A stretch of DNA of 64,000 nucleotides from Octopus sinensis (GCF_006345805.1 NC_042998.1:200136001-200200000), one strand, 5' to 3'. Counted from the stretch's first letter, positions 14,301 to 27,656 are shown. The notes: generated by a model not told the origin, from the letters alone. Program-made: numbers and translations.

Positions 14301-14780
14301 GTTAAGTCACTTTGAATGCTGTTGATAATTAGTGACGAGGACCTAATGCATGACTGGTTATTGTTAAATATTGGGATATTCTCTCATAATATTCTTCCCC
14401 AATGCCTTACCCATTATGCTAATGTCATTGCAGAAACGAAATAACCGAATTTGCATCGGTTTCACTGAAACATATAATGCTTGACATGCCACATATGCTG
14501 AAATTGAAAAATGCTAAATGCTTTTATATATCGCCTTTATTATTATTATTTTTTATTTTTTTTCACTTCTGGCTGAATGCAATTTTATAGAAAAGTTTAT
14601 TTTGCTTTCTTTTCGTCATTAATGAACACGGTTTTAAAGGTGTAATGTATAAATGCATGAAAATGTGAAAGGAAAAGAAAATATCCGAAATTGCAGTATC
14701 ATTTTAAATATGCATCGATAATTTATGTAACATGATTTTACGAATATGACAGTAGTAAAAATTGCAATATTATAATAGTG

Positions 14781-14876
14781 GATAATAACAACAACAACAA
14801 GAATAATGAGGATTATGATGATGATGATGATGATGATGATAATAATAATAATAATGATAATAACAACAACAACAAC

Positions 14877-14910
<34 letters not shown>

Positions 14911-14919
14911 TTAATAACG

Positions 14920-14986
<67 letters not shown>

Positions 14987-15005
14987 TAATAATCATAATA
15001 ATAAT
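14781..15005. repeat. Compound (AAC)/(GAT)/(AAT)n microsatellite
   Basis: Direct; explains the poly-I/N/M ORFs. Confidence 0.95.
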
Positions 15006-15039
15006 TGGTACAGGGCTAGCAACTTCTGAGGAGGAGATA

Positions 15040-15200
15040 AGTGGATGATGTTGAACGCAGGGTTCAACTGGTACTTATGTTATCGACTAGGAAAAGATGA
15101 AATGCAAAGACAACCCCAGTAGAATTTCAACTCAGTAAAGCTGGATGAATTGGAACTAAACATTTTTTCCGGTGCGGTAACGATTCTGCCAGTTTGCTGA
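15040..15200 (-). mobile_element. Degenerate SINE-A
   Basis: CTGGTACTTATGTTATCGAC..GATGAAATGCAAAG..AACGATTCTGCCAGTTTGC matches SINE-A reverse complement. Confidence 0.65.
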
Positions 15201-16268
15201 CTTAAGAAGAATATAAATAATTATTCTTTCTACGATAGGGAGAAGGCCAACAATTTTGAGAAAAGGATTTATTTCGTATTCGCAACAACAGCCTCATCAA
15301 GTTTGCCGCTTTCAGTAATGCTTCTAATCTGGGGATAAGGTCGGCAATTTCGACTCCAGTACTTGACCCGTCCTTTATTTTATCGATATCGGTGATATGA
15401 ACTATAAACTTAACCTCCATTTGATATGGAATGAGAACATAAATGCGGGAGCAAATATAAAACATTCTCACCGAAACCATAAATATTTTGTAAATTCACC
15501 ACTAAACGTACCAGGAATTTGAGAGAACTGCTCTCAAATTCGACATCATGTATTAAAAAAAAAGAGACGATGTATTTGAGAATAAAGTACTGCCAATAAT
15601 AGACCAGGAAAAACAATAAGAGGAGGAAATTCCTTTTGTTTTAGGGTTCGATTAATGCGGTATATAAAAATTGAAAATAACGACAGCAAATAATATTTGT
15701 ATTAAGTCTACAAAACCTATAAAACATTGCATGAATTTACAAATATCAAAAAAACATTTTGGCACCAAAATAAGGATTTAGTATTGGATAGCCTTCAGCT
15801 TGTATTTTTACTGAATAGGATCGTGAAAACAGAATGTTTCTGTGGCCATTCGCACACTTCAGGTGGACAATAAATATGTAATATGAAATGCTACACGAAA
15901 ACATTATGTATATACGTATATATACAGAAATACACACAGGCACTCAGACGCGTGCGCACACGCACACAAACACACACGAACACAAGCATTTATAACTATA
16001 CATCTCAAAATAATGATTGCATCATATTCGTAAATTTGAAGATACTAATACTAAAGTAAAGTCGGGTCTGTAATCAGGAACAAAAGTCTAAAAAAAGAAT
16101 GTTATAGTGACACGCTTTTTTTTATCAGTCTGACAAAAGAAAACTACAAAATATCTTGACTTTCCAACATCGTACAGGTGCAGTCTTAGAGGTGTTTTAC
16201 AAAGAAATATCTGGAATAATTTTTGGAAAGCAAGTAATTGTTGTCGAAAGGAGTTAAAATGAATGTCG

Positions 16269-16604
16269 GAGACCTCCTTCGGTCACGACACAGACCATGG
16301 GATTGCACCTAGAAAGTTACCCTCCTAGACACAAGTCCGGGCGAGGTTGTTTATGGAAGACCAGCAGTCGCCCATGCATACCAGCCTCCCCTCTCCACGT
16401 CACCGATGTTATCGAAGGGAAAGACAAATGTCGATACAGCTTGGCACCAGTGACGTCGCAACTCATTTCTACAGCTGAGTGAACTGGAGCAACGTGAAAT
16501 AAAGTGCCTTGCTCAAGAACACAACACGCAGCCCGGTCCAGGATTCGAGCTCACAACCTCACGATCGTAAGCTCGACGCTCTAACCACTGAGCCATGCGC
16601 CTTC
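16269..16604 (-). mobile_element. SINE-C, full length
   Basis: Minus strand: tRNA-like head GGCGCATGGCTCAGTGGTTAGAGCG..GAGCTCGAATCC, then GTGTTCTTGAGCAAGGCACTT..GCTCCAGTTCACTCAGCTG, tail ending GGTGCAATCCCATGGTC..GACCGAAGGAGGTCTC. Confidence 0.9.
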
Positions 16605-17525
16605 CCTTAAGCCGTTAAATCCTAACGAGTAAACTGCCAGAAAAAATATGAAATAGGAAATTATATTGTAACAGCGATTAGATTACCAATACGTGTGTGA
16701 GTACAGAAAATGATGATATAGAGTTTACAAAAACAGCTAAGAATTACAGCCAATACATGCAGCATAAAATTGACCGAATGTAACGTGAATGATAAAATCT
16801 AAACTAATTTATCAACAGGTTGCTCCGGAGAATTACACCATTATTTTCAAAGCCAACGAAGTTTATGCATACAACGATGCATATGATAGCAGAACTTTAT
16901 AGAAATAGATAGAAGTATGCATGCCTGTGTGTATATACACTTAGCTATAGAGAAATGGCTGAAGATATAACCAAAATTCAGTGTTGGATTTAAAGTTATT
17001 TCTTTCTACAAAATATTATATATATATATAGTCGTTTATTAAAAGTACGAATATTATTGTGTAGCGGTATCATGGTGTTATTTAACTTGGTATATTTCTA
17101 TCAGCTATACAAGAATTAATCTAATATATCATCTAGCACATCACACGAATATATTTATATCGTCTTGAAAAGCCTGAAGGAAAGGTCAGAATAAGTTTTT
17201 GATTGGAAACTGTTATATATTACACTGGATTCTAACGATGTCAGAATATTTGTTATTGAAATCTCATTTATATCCTTAAAGTGTCAAATATCGGAAACCT
17301 GTTCCACTGCGTGTTTTTCCATCTGCACTCCTGCGTTTTCCTCGAAGCATTTGATAGTTAATATCTGGAATCTGTCATTTCTCGGTGGACTTCATGCACT
17401 TCCATATACATATGTTCGCACGTAGTTACACAGTCATAGAGCCCCCCCCACTAAAAAACGCGCACATATACACACACAATATAATATGTGTATCTTCATA
17501 TATGTATGTGTGTATAACCATTTTA

Positions 17526-17562
<37 letters not shown>

Positions 17563-17603
17563 GTAGATATATATATATATACACACTATACATATTAATA
17601 TAT

Positions 17604-17814
17604 CTCTTTTATTCTTTTATTCTCTTTTACTTGTTTCAGTCATTTGACTGCGGCCATGCTGGAGCACCGCCTTTAGTCGAGCAAATCGACCCCGGGACTT
17701 ATTCTTTCTAAGCCCAGTACTTATTATATCGGTCTCTTTTGCGGAACCGCTAAGTGACGGGGACGTAAACACACCAGCATCGTCTTTAAAGCAATGCTAG
17801 GTGGACAAACGCAG

Positions 17815-17847
<33 letters not shown>

Positions 17848-18012
17848 CGACAGGCTTCTTTCAGTTTCCGTCTACCAAATGCACTCACAAGGCATTGGTC
17901 GGCCCGAGTCTATAGCAGACGACACTTGCCCAAGATGCCACGCAGTGGGACTGAACCCGGAACCATGTGGTTGGTTAGCAAGCTACTTACCACACAGCCA
18001 CTCCTGCGCCTA
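17604..18012 (-). mobile_element. SINE-B, full length
   Basis: High identity to 10963-11392 and 24351-24763. Confidence 0.9.
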
Positions 18013-18251
18013 TATATTCATACATGTGCACAAAGGTATTTCGAATGTATAGATAATAGCAAGACTGTTTGATCTAATTCAGCTATGAGTATTCCAGATG
18101 TTTTCTGGAGTTAAATGCCCACACAATGACGTATGTACGATGTAAGTAACTGATTATGCCATAGATATTGTTCGTTACTGTTGTGATCAGCGAATGCAAT
18201 ACGGCGCATGTTTTATGAAACTTTGATTTTCAAATGATACCACTCGAACAT

Positions 18252-18293
<42 letters not shown>

Positions 18294-18387
18294 GTTTATC
18301 CAAACAAGAAAACAAAAAGACAACAACGCAAGGACGTGGAACAAATAAAGTATTATTGGACGCTCTGGAAAGAAGTGAAGAAGGAGG

Positions 18388-18422
18388 GTTTGACGTTTCG
18401 CGCGGAGCTCCTCGTCGGAAAC
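18388..18422 (-). ncRNA. Degenerate minimal type I hammerhead ribozyme (U4C, stem II mismatch)
   Basis: Minus strand GUUU-CCGACGA-G-GAGC-UCC-GCGC-GAA-AC-GU-C-AAAC. Confidence 0.5.
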
Positions 18423-18831
18423 ATAGGAGAAGCAAAGATCCCGAGAAGGGAAGACAGAGGAAAAAAATCGCTAGTGATACAGACGAGGTCACATACTAAA
18501 AGGCGGAATTGGTAATATATATATATATATATATAGTCGTTTACTAAAATATTATTATGTAACGGTATCATGGTGCTGTTTAACTTGCTACAATTCTATC
18601 AGCTGTACAGGTCAAAGCAAATGGACTTTCTGCGGTCCTTCCTTCTGCGGTTGTTGAGTTTCGGCATGTAGGAGATGCGGTCCCTAAATCTGCTAGCGGC
18701 TATGGCCTCATTATAGTACGGGGACGCAGCGTAGAAAATCTCTTGGTTGGAGGAAAAGTTCGTGATGCGCTTACTAACACCCTTCAGCAGGTTTTTAAAC
18801 ACGATGGGTGAGGGGCAGGAGCCTGTGTTAG

Positions 18832-18876
<45 letters not shown>

Positions 18877-19086
18877 ATATCTATCTATCAATATATATAT
18901 ATACGACGGGCTTCTTCAGTTTCCGTCTACTAAATCTACTCACGAGAATTTGGTCTGCCTGACGCTATTTTATATTCATATATATATATATACTGTCTAC
19001 TTCCGGTCTTTCAAAATGTGACCTCGTGTGTACCGTTGGCGATTTTTTCCTCTGTCTTCTCTTCTCGGGATCTTTCCTTCTCCTAT

Positions 19087-19121
19087 GTTTCTGACGAAGA
19101 GCTCCGCTCGAAACGTTAAAT
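19087..19121 (+). ncRNA. Minimal type I hammerhead ribozyme (PLE type)
   Basis: GUUU (stem I)-CUGACGA-A-GAGC/UCC/GCUC (stem II)-GAA-AC/GU (palindromic stem III)-U-AAAU (stem I). Confidence 0.7.
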
Positions 19122-19217
19122 TCTCCTTCTTCCCTTCCTTCCTGAGCGTCCAATAATACTATACTTGTTCCACGTCCTCGCGTTGTTGTATATTTTTGTG
19201 TTTTCTTGTTTGGATTA

Positions 19218-19248
<31 letters not shown>

Positions 19249-19296
19249 TCGCACCAGATTGTATCTGTACAAAATATATGTATACATTTATTGTAC

Positions 19297-19460
19297 AGGT
19301 GAAGGTGTGTGATATAAATCTTGTCTCCCAACCATATGGTGCCGGGTTCATTCCCACTGCTTGCCACTTTGGGGACGTGTCCTCTACTATAGCGTCGGGG
19401 CAGACCAAAGTCTTGTGAGTCGATTTGGTAGACAGAAACTCAAAGAAGCCTGTCGTATAT

Positions 19461-19538
<78 letters not shown>

Positions 19539-19775
19539 ATTATGTGTGTGTGTACATATGTCTCTGTGTCTGAGTTTGTCCATCACCACTATCACTTGGC
19601 AATCGGTGCTGGTGTGTTCACGTCTCCGCCACTTAGCCGTTTTAATAAGTACCAAACTTAACTACCTACATTTCTATCAGCTATACGTAGAATCGATTCA
19701 TTGGAATAAAAAAAATCTACAAGACGGTTCGCAGCATTGCTGCAGTCTGATGACTAAAACCAAAAAACAAAAAAG
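19297..19775 (+). mobile_element. Diverged SINE-B with expanded internal (AT)n
   Basis: GGGTTCATTCCCACTG..CTACTATAGC..TTGGTAGACAGAAACTCAAAGAAGCCTGTCG, then tail remnants. Confidence 0.75.
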
Positions 19776-20816
19776 ATCTATATATTAATCTGCTTTTTCG
19801 TTCATTCGTCTTTCTTTATTTAGTTGAAGAAGTGGAGATCGAGTAAAAATTAGAGAGGGGGAGGAGAGTGAGAAGATAAGATAGAAGTGAGGAAGAACTA
19901 GTCAAAGATGTATAATAAGGCTAAATGCGTCACGTGGTTAGTTGAAAGGAGAGGTTAAGAACGAGAGAAAAAGACTGTGAGGGAAAAGAAGGAGAGGGAA
20001 ATGTTAACGACATGCGGCAAGGTGGGATGGAAAAGTAAAGAGAAAGGGATATGTTTAGGATGCAATATGTAGCAGAGTGCTAATTATACTGCCAACTCGG
20101 CTCTTAATGAAAAATATTAAAAATGCAAATATGAATGTTATTAATACATATAAAAACAAATATAAAAGAATATTTCATTATTGTAACATAAGATAAGATT
20201 CTATTTTTCATATTCATGCATGTACATACGTTTAAATATTAGAATTATGCTTCGCGTATAAAATTGTTGTAGAGTAGTATTATGGCTTCAACAGCGAGCA
20301 AAGCGGAAGGAGGTGGGGGTAATAACGCTTTAAGATGGAAATAGAAATTTAGAAAGGGAGGCATATAAAACATCATATAAACATATATATGCACATGCGT
20401 TTGTAACTGAATATGAAAAATAAAACAGCATTCATTTGCAAAGCTGGTAATATGCTTTCCCGAGAGCTCATGTCGGAATATTCTCAACCTTCCCACAATT
20501 GACCCAGCATAACATTGAGAAAATCGAAGCTTTAGGAAGAAAATTGTGCACCAGTACATTTCAGCAGAGTTGATTAGATCAACGTGAAATGAAACCACTT
20601 TTCAACATAACGTTCGGTCATGGAACAAAAGCACATTGTTATAACCGTGTCTGCGAGGACCTAATCACTAGGCCGTACGCCATATTAATGTCGTTTTTGT
20701 TTTACTAGTGGGACTCGTAGAAAAGCCGCAGAATGAAAAAGACTAAGAGAAGGTTTTTAAGAAAGAATAATAATATGAATTTTTATTTTAAGTTGTTTCA
20801 CTTTGTATCACGATAT

Positions 20817-21073
20817 TCTTTTACTCTTTGTCTTGTTTCGGCCACTTGGTTACGGCCATGCTGTAGCACCGCCTTTAGTCGAACAAAAATAGACTCTAGG
20901 ACTTATACTTTGTACGCCTAGTACTTATTTCATCGTTTTCTTTTGCTGAGCCGTTATGTTACAGGGACATAAACACACCAACATCGGTTTCTAAGCGACG
21001 GTAGCAGGAACTGAACCCAGAAACATGTGGTTGGGAAGCAAGCTTCTTACCACGCAGCTACTTCTACCCCTAT
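20817..21073 (-). mobile_element. SINE-B with internal deletion
   Basis: Tail (GGCCATGCTGTAGCACCGCCTTTAGTCG) joined to head (CTGAACCCAGAAACATGTGG); central part missing. Confidence 0.75.
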
Positions 21074-21440
21074 CATATAATGACATATCACATGATTTTA
21101 AAATGTCTCTCTGCTAAGCACGTTATATTTCTCTCTTTCTCTCTACCTCTTCGCCAAAGTATTTAACCAAGTAAATCGCATCTTCATGTCTGTAACATTT
21201 CTCTCACCTTTCCTATTCTCTTCACCACTACCCACATGTCTGACAGCATAATGTATTATCTGGCTATCTGCTTTCTCACTCACTCTCACATTACTTCTTT
21301 GTCTGTCTCACTTCACCTCCTCCTCATCTGTAACAAACTAAAGCGAAAGTGTGAACGATCATGTAGAAGCATTTTGTCCATCTTTACGTTCTGAAACGGA
21401 ATTCGTCCGAAATATTCATATAAGGGGCTAAGACAAAATT

Positions 21441-22270
21441 TATACACTCTCTTGCTTCTGCTATTTATGAAAACAAAGTGAAGTGTTAAACAATAACGTC
21501 ATTTTTCATAGTATCTCCTTGCTTTTCGATGCGCTTTGCGGTCCACAAGCTTACTTATTCTACCAGCGTAGTAGGTTAGAAGCGTAGAAGCCATTTATGC
21601 ACCGCTTTCAGCGCTTCATCAACTGTAGCATATCGATGACGTCGTAAATGATATTTTGAGCTGTCGAAAGTCGTGATAGCTAGGAAAAGGAAAGGTCTGC
21701 TTCCAGCAACTCGAACCAGTTTTTCAATTGTTTCAACGGTATGTATGAGCGGCAGTATGTGTGCCTGCATCAAAGTACAACAATAACATTTGTTTTGAGA
21801 ATAGGTTTCGTCGTTTAGTCCGAATTGTTCTTGCCAGTTGTTGAATAGCATTTTGCTGTATCGTTCACTGGTGACTGTAGTCCCCTTTTCTAGATAAATA
21901 TTTCAATGTAGATCCTTTTGCATCGCAAGAAGAAAAATAAAAGTTCACTTCATTTCTGCAGAAGTTTGAGTCTTGAATTTCTTTTTCGCTGACGATTTTC
22001 CACTCCATTCTCTGGCTGAAAGTGATGGAATTATATTTTATCTTCACTGATTATTATCTCCCAAATCGTTTCGATTAATCGGTCGAATAAGCTTTGACAG
22101 ATCTCCGTACGATTGCGGTTATGCGCTTCGGTATGAGCTCTTGGTACCCATCACGCACAAAAATTAAGCAGGTTCAGTTTGTCGTGGTTGATTTTGTTTG
22201 TGGAGCCAGAAATAACTTGCAGAAAACATGTCGTCTACACGATGGTCATTCGTCAGCTTAACACAAACAT
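21441..22270 (-). mobile_element. Decayed mariner transposon (DD34D type)
   Basis: Minus strand VCA*WVP..RTEICQSL, SQRMEWK..KKFKTQ-like, HTVETIEKL and LRRHRYATVDEALKAVHKWL. Confidence 0.8.
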
Positions 22271-23687
22271 CTCACGATTTTGTTGCATCATTACAATAGT
22301 GGTGGAGGTTGAGATGCCTCCTGCTCTCTCTCTCTCTCTCTCTCTCTTCGTTTTATGTCCCGCTTGTCTGGACATTTTTAACTTCGCGACTCACTCATAC
22401 CCACTTCTACGCGGCACAGCACTGTATTGCACTGAACGGCTGCGATGAATTTCAGCAGCTGATGCATCTTCAGACTAGAGAAATCGTATCAACGATCTCT
22501 TTTCTCCTTTCATGCGCAATGCTAGCGGAGTGGTCATATTTATTCTGCAACAAAAGAGAGAAAACTGCTGCGATCAAGGTCAAACCTTAGTTACGTAACC
22601 ACAGAGGTCCCACCTTTTAATGTGCGAGCGCTGAAAGCATTATGTTTGTGTGTGTGTGATTGTGTGTATGTGTGTGTGTGTAAAATGTCTGGTGCTTTGA
22701 TCTCGTACATTTACAGTGTCGTCATTATAAAAGTATTAACCATGTTCTACTGTGATAATTATATTCCGAAGGAAACCGGTGGAATCTTTTTCTTTACATT
22801 CATGATTTCTCAAGTCGAGTCCTGCTAAATCTTGTCCTAGGCATGCGGCTTTTATCGGTGCCGCGGATAGAACCAAACCTTGTAAGTTAAAATGAATAGA
22901 TGGAAACAGTTCGGAAGCTAATATGATGTGTTTTGTATGTAATTCAGTCACACAGCCATGTGTTCATGTTTGCCTTTCTGTGTAGTTAGTTGTTGATATA
23001 AATTTATTTGCGAAAATAAAAACGGTAACATATAAATGAAAATTACTGCTTAAATCCCTCACATCAATACTATCACAAACGACATTCAAGACATCCTCTG
23101 TTTGCCCTAGTACTCACCCAAATATATACACACACACACAACCACACACACACATACGTACACAATTAGCTTTGATCATTTTATCTGATAAATGATAGAC
23201 GTAAAATACAATTTCGAAAAACAAAAAAAAATAAATAAAAAGTAACAAGAAATGAATTACTGAAAAATTTATAGATTCCATTCATTCAGCAATAATAAAT
23301 ACAACAAAAACACCCAACTAAAATCCACGCTCACTTCTCCAAATTGTTATGTCGCAACTACATTCAACCAATACTAAAAGAAGAGATTTCACTCATGTTT
23401 AGTGCTTATATCAGGGGACATGTCAGTATATATTCAAAAGAATTAGTAAAAGAGTTTATTTTATAAAAGCTATGAATGCTTTTTTTTTCTGCCGAAAATT
23501 TTATAACTGTTTATGTTAAACAATAATTAATGCTTATAAGAGAAAATTATATTTCCACTACGATCTTTTAGCAGGAAAAGATTAAACATATATATCAACA
23601 TCAAATATATTTGCCTAGAATCGGGAAAGAGAAATTTCTATTTCATAGTAGCGATGGTTCTAATTCTCCTCCTAATTATCTGTACTT

Positions 23688-23805
23688 AATAAAGTGTCTT
23701 GCTCAAGAGCACAACATGCAGCCTGGTCCGGAAATCGATCTCACAACCTCACGATCCAACCACTGAACCATGCTCGACGCTCTAATCACTGACATATGCG
23801 CCTTC
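23688..23805 (-). mobile_element. SINE-C head fragment
   Basis: Matches 16495-16604. Confidence 0.75.
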
Positions 23806-23929
23806 ACAAGAATATATATATATATATATATATAATATATATATATATATATACACACACACATACATACACACACACACACATTAATATTACTAGCAAT
23901 AACATAATATTTCCTTTTGCAGCCATAAT

Positions 23930-24272
23930 ATACCACCAAATATATTAAAGAGGTCAAAATGTCGGTGCTCGTACAGTAGGCGTTACCGTAACGATAACAG
24001 CCCAAATGCTTGGTGTATCAAGAAGTACTATCTCGAAAGTAATGACAGCCGTTGAGAAAGAGGGAAAAACATCCCGGTCGAAGCAAAACTTCCGAAGAAA
24101 ACCAAAACTTTCAGATATGGACCCTTGGACTCCAACACGAATTGTAAAAATTCACAATATTACAGCCCCCAAAATTACTGCAGAGCTTAATGACCACCTC
24201 GAGAACCCAGTTTCCACAAAAACTTTTCGCCGGGAGCTGCACAGAGCCGAAATTCAGGGGAGGGTTGCAATA
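23930..24272 (+). mobile_element. Tc1 transposase N-terminal (paired-like HTH) fragment
   Basis: KRGQNVGARTVGVTVTITAQMLGVSRSTISKVM..RKPKLSD..TAPKITAELNDHLENPVSTKTFRRELHRA. Confidence 0.8.
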
Positions 24273-24350
24273 ATTATATACGCGAGCCATAATTCTAATA
24301 TATAAACGTATGTACATGTATGAATTTTCATATGTATTAATAACATTCAT

Positions 24351-24763
24351 ACTCTTTACTCTTTTACTTGTTTCAGTCATTTGACTGCGGCCATGCTGGA
24401 GCACCGCCTTTAGTCGAGCAAATCGACCCCGGGACTTATTCTTTTCAAGCCCAGTACTTATTCTATCGGGACTTTTTGTCGAACCGCTAAGTGACGGGGA
24501 CGTAAACACACCAGCATCGTTTGTCAAGCAATGCTAGGGAGACAAACACAGACACACAAACATATACACACACACTTATATATATATACATATATACGAC
24601 GGGCATCTTTCAGTTTCCGTCTACCAAATCCACTCACAAGGCATTGGTCGGCCCGAGGCTATAGTAGAAGACACTTGCCCAAGGTGCCACGCAGTGGGAC
24701 TGAACCCGGAACCAATGTGGTTGGTTAGCAAGCTACTTCCCACACAGCCACTCCTGCACCTAT
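24351..24763 (-). mobile_element. SINE-B, left member of inverted pair
   Basis: Full-length copy; reverse complement of 24896-25315. Confidence 0.9.
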
Positions 24764-24895
24764 TTGTATTATTGATACTTTTCACTAGGCGTCGAGTTGG
24801 CTGTATAATTGGCACTCTCGGCAAAATTGTTGCAAAGCATTTTGTCTATCTTTACGTTCTAAGTCCAAATTCGTCCGAGATATACACATAAGTGT

Positions 24896-25315
24896 ATAGG
24901 CGCAGGAGTGGCTGTGTGGTAAGTAGCTTGCTAACCAACCACATTGTTCCGGGTTCAGTCCCACTTCGTGGCATCTTGGGCAAGTGTCTTCTGCTATAGC
25001 CCCGGGCCGACCAATGCCTTGTGAATGGATTCGGTAGACGGAAACTGAAAGATGCCCGTCGTATATATGTATATATATATAAGTGTGTGTGTATATGTTT
25101 GTGTGTCTGTGTTTGTTCCCCTAGCATTGCTTGACAACCGATGCTGGTGTGTTTACGTCCCCGTCACTTAGCGGTTCGGCAAAAGAGACCGATAGAATAA
25201 GTACTGGGCTTACAAAGAATAAGTCCCGGGTTTGATTTGCTCGACTAAAGGCAGTGCTCCAGCATGGCCGCAGTCAAATGACTGAAACAAGTAAAAGAGT
25301 AAAAGAGTAAAGAGT
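24896..25315 (+). mobile_element. SINE-B, right member of inverted pair
   Basis: Full length: head GGCGCAGGAGTGGCTGTGTGG to tail GTAAAAGAGTAAAAGAGT. Confidence 0.9.
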
Positions 25316-25337
25316 ATAATTGATATACATATAAGCT

Positions 25338-25523
25338 ATACGCGCCCTTGCTTCTGTAATATATTTAAACAAAGTGAAGCGTTAAACAATGATATCATTG
25401 TTCGTAGTATCTCCTTGTTTTCCGATGGTTTTCCGCTCCACAAGCTGGCTTACTGTATCAGCGTAAAAGTTTGGCACCGCAGCCATTTATGCATCGCTCC
25501 CTGCACTTCATCAACTGTTGCAG
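25338..25523 (-). mobile_element. Mariner 3' fragment, same family as 21441-22270
   Basis: Aligns with 21441-21630 (CTTGCTTCTG..AAACAAAGTGAAG..GTATCTCCTTG..GCCATTTATGCA..CTTCATCAACTGT). Confidence 0.75.
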
Positions 25524-26602
25524 TGGGAACTTCACACTAGCAAGGAAGCTCTGAAACAGAAACTGCAATGGCTTTTCTAGGGCTCGTTCGCATAATTTGA
25601 GAAGTAATGCTAGAAATCTGTTATGAAAAGCAACTGAGTTTGCGCTTACTCATCAATGACCAGCATTACATATCTTATGTCGATTTAATCACTTGTTACT
25701 CTCAGCCTTTTTACATCTTTATAGTGTTAGTACTGGCTCTGAATTCTATGGGAAATATATTGTTTATCACTTAATGATTATGTATGTGTATCTGTGATTG
25801 TACACGTCAATTAATGTATAAAATACAGATATGTACGCTTGTACATGTAGACGCTCATATTATATCAATATTTGAAATTAAAGAAATCTATACAAAATGT
25901 CAATCCCTGAGGTTTAACATATGCGCAATATGAAAATTTCGTCCGAATCTTTGCCTCCGACACCTGACATTGAACGGCACTGATGATAACAGATATTGAA
26001 ATAAGCATAAGATATTTCTCTGTATCGATAAATATGAAATGCCTGTAGGACACTCTTAAGTGAACGAGAATATTATCTTTCAAGGTTTTTAATCAGATCT
26101 GATATAGTGATGTCAGTGAACCTTATATTTATTTGCTAAAAATTGGAACAGGATGCATCCACAACCAAACTATAATATGTTTTTCAATAAAGTGTAACTT
26201 AACAAAAGAAGATATGAAATAACTTGGAGCACAATTTGGCAAATATCATGAAGTTTGAATTAATATTTTCAACAATGGGAAAACTGGTAGTTACAATCGT
26301 AGCAATATCTAGTTCCGTTTTACGATTAATATTCCTGCAGAACTGCTTGTTATTGCTATAAATGGGCTTTTAGGTGCTTTACCAGACACTAGTACTGAAT
26401 AGGAAGGCCGAGAAGGGTAGACACGTAAAGAGTTTTCTTTGTTTGGTCCCCGTTTTAGATGCTGCATCATGAACAATATTACAAAATATATTTAAAATAC
26501 TTCCAGTATCGGCGTTCATTTAAGAAGTTCGATTCGCAGAGAAGAAGTTTCATGTTCGGGTGCGCAGTGCATAACCCATTCTTATATATAAATAATATAT
26601 AT

Positions 26603-26930
26603 TTAAAGACTCCGCCGGTTACGACGACGAGGGTCCCAGCTGATACGATCAACGGAACAGCTTGCTCGTGAAATTAACGTGCAAATGGCTGAGCATTCCA
26701 CAGACACGTGTACCCTTAACGTAGTTCTCGGGGATAATCAGCGTGACACAGAGAGTGACAAGGCTGACCCTTTGAAATACAAGTACAACTCATTTTTGCC
26801 AGCTGAGTGGACTGGAGCAACGTGAAATAAAGTGTCTTGCTCAAGGATACAACGCGTCGCCGGGAATCGAACTCACAACCTTACGATCATGAGCCGAATG
26901 CCCTAACCACTAAGTCACGCGCTCTCACTG
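26603..26930 (-). mobile_element. Chimeric SINE (SINE-C-type head and core, SINE-D-type tail)
   Basis: Head and core match 16470-16604; tail matches 42390-42560; possible 12-bp TSD AATAATATATAT at 26591 and 26931. Confidence 0.85.
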
Positions 26931-27564
26931 AATAATATATATAGATATGAATGGTATGTATTGTTCTGTGTAAGTATGTGTAGCTTTTCGAAAGGTTGCC
27001 CTAGAATTATTGCAGTTCAACGATTGAAAGAATAAAAGAAAATATATTTAATTCATCTCTCTCTCTTGTAAACGGCAAGCTTAAGTAATTCATTGGAAAT
27101 TTGGATGTCAATTTTAGCAGAAAGACTTCCAATTCTGGAGTGTTTTCATAGATTCAGATACGCAACTAGTCGACTCGTTATAGAAATAAATATGAAGACA
27201 AAATTAGAACTGAAATAGAATATTGTTTGCTACCGGTGCAATTCAGAATGTGTCTCCTAGCATAAACTATTCGGAAGAATATTAACAAGCAGTTAGAAAG
27301 ATTAAGTCAGGTAGAAATAATTACATGATTTTTTTTACATGTTTTTCTATACTGCTACCAAATATTTATAAAATAATCAAGGAATGTTATTAAATTTTCA
27401 AGCAATGAACGAAAAATGAAAAAGCATCTAGTTCAGGTGGATAAACCTTCCCTGCTTATTTAAATTGCAGCTCAAACACATGTGATACACAACAAATAGA
27501 CACGGCATGTACACACATACTGATGGCCTCTTGTCATGTAGGGGGAATAAACAGAGTGATTATG

Positions 27565-27565
<1 letters not shown>

Positions 27566-27656
<91 letters not shown>

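Larger units (their letters stand above)
18293..19221 (-). mobile_element. Penelope-like element remnant: ORF fragment between two inverted about 220-bp pseudo-LTR-like repeats
   Basis: 18293-18514 is the reverse complement of 18991-19221; 18612-18830 (-) encodes SCPSPIVFKNLLKGVSKRITNFSSNQEIFYAASPYYNEAIAASRF..RRRKDRRKSI, like the PLE region between RT and GIY-YIG. Confidence 0.75.

Noticed and set aside
16530-16604. tRNA-like sequences (also at 26850, 42180, 45200 and 60581)
   Set aside because: They have A and B boxes but no acceptor-stem closure, and continue into multi-copy SINE bodies; they are SINE heads, not tRNA genes.
24531-25127. Repeated ORF MLG.QTQTH..RRASFSFRLPN (also at 17794)
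   Set aside because: It is the antisense translation of SINE-B.
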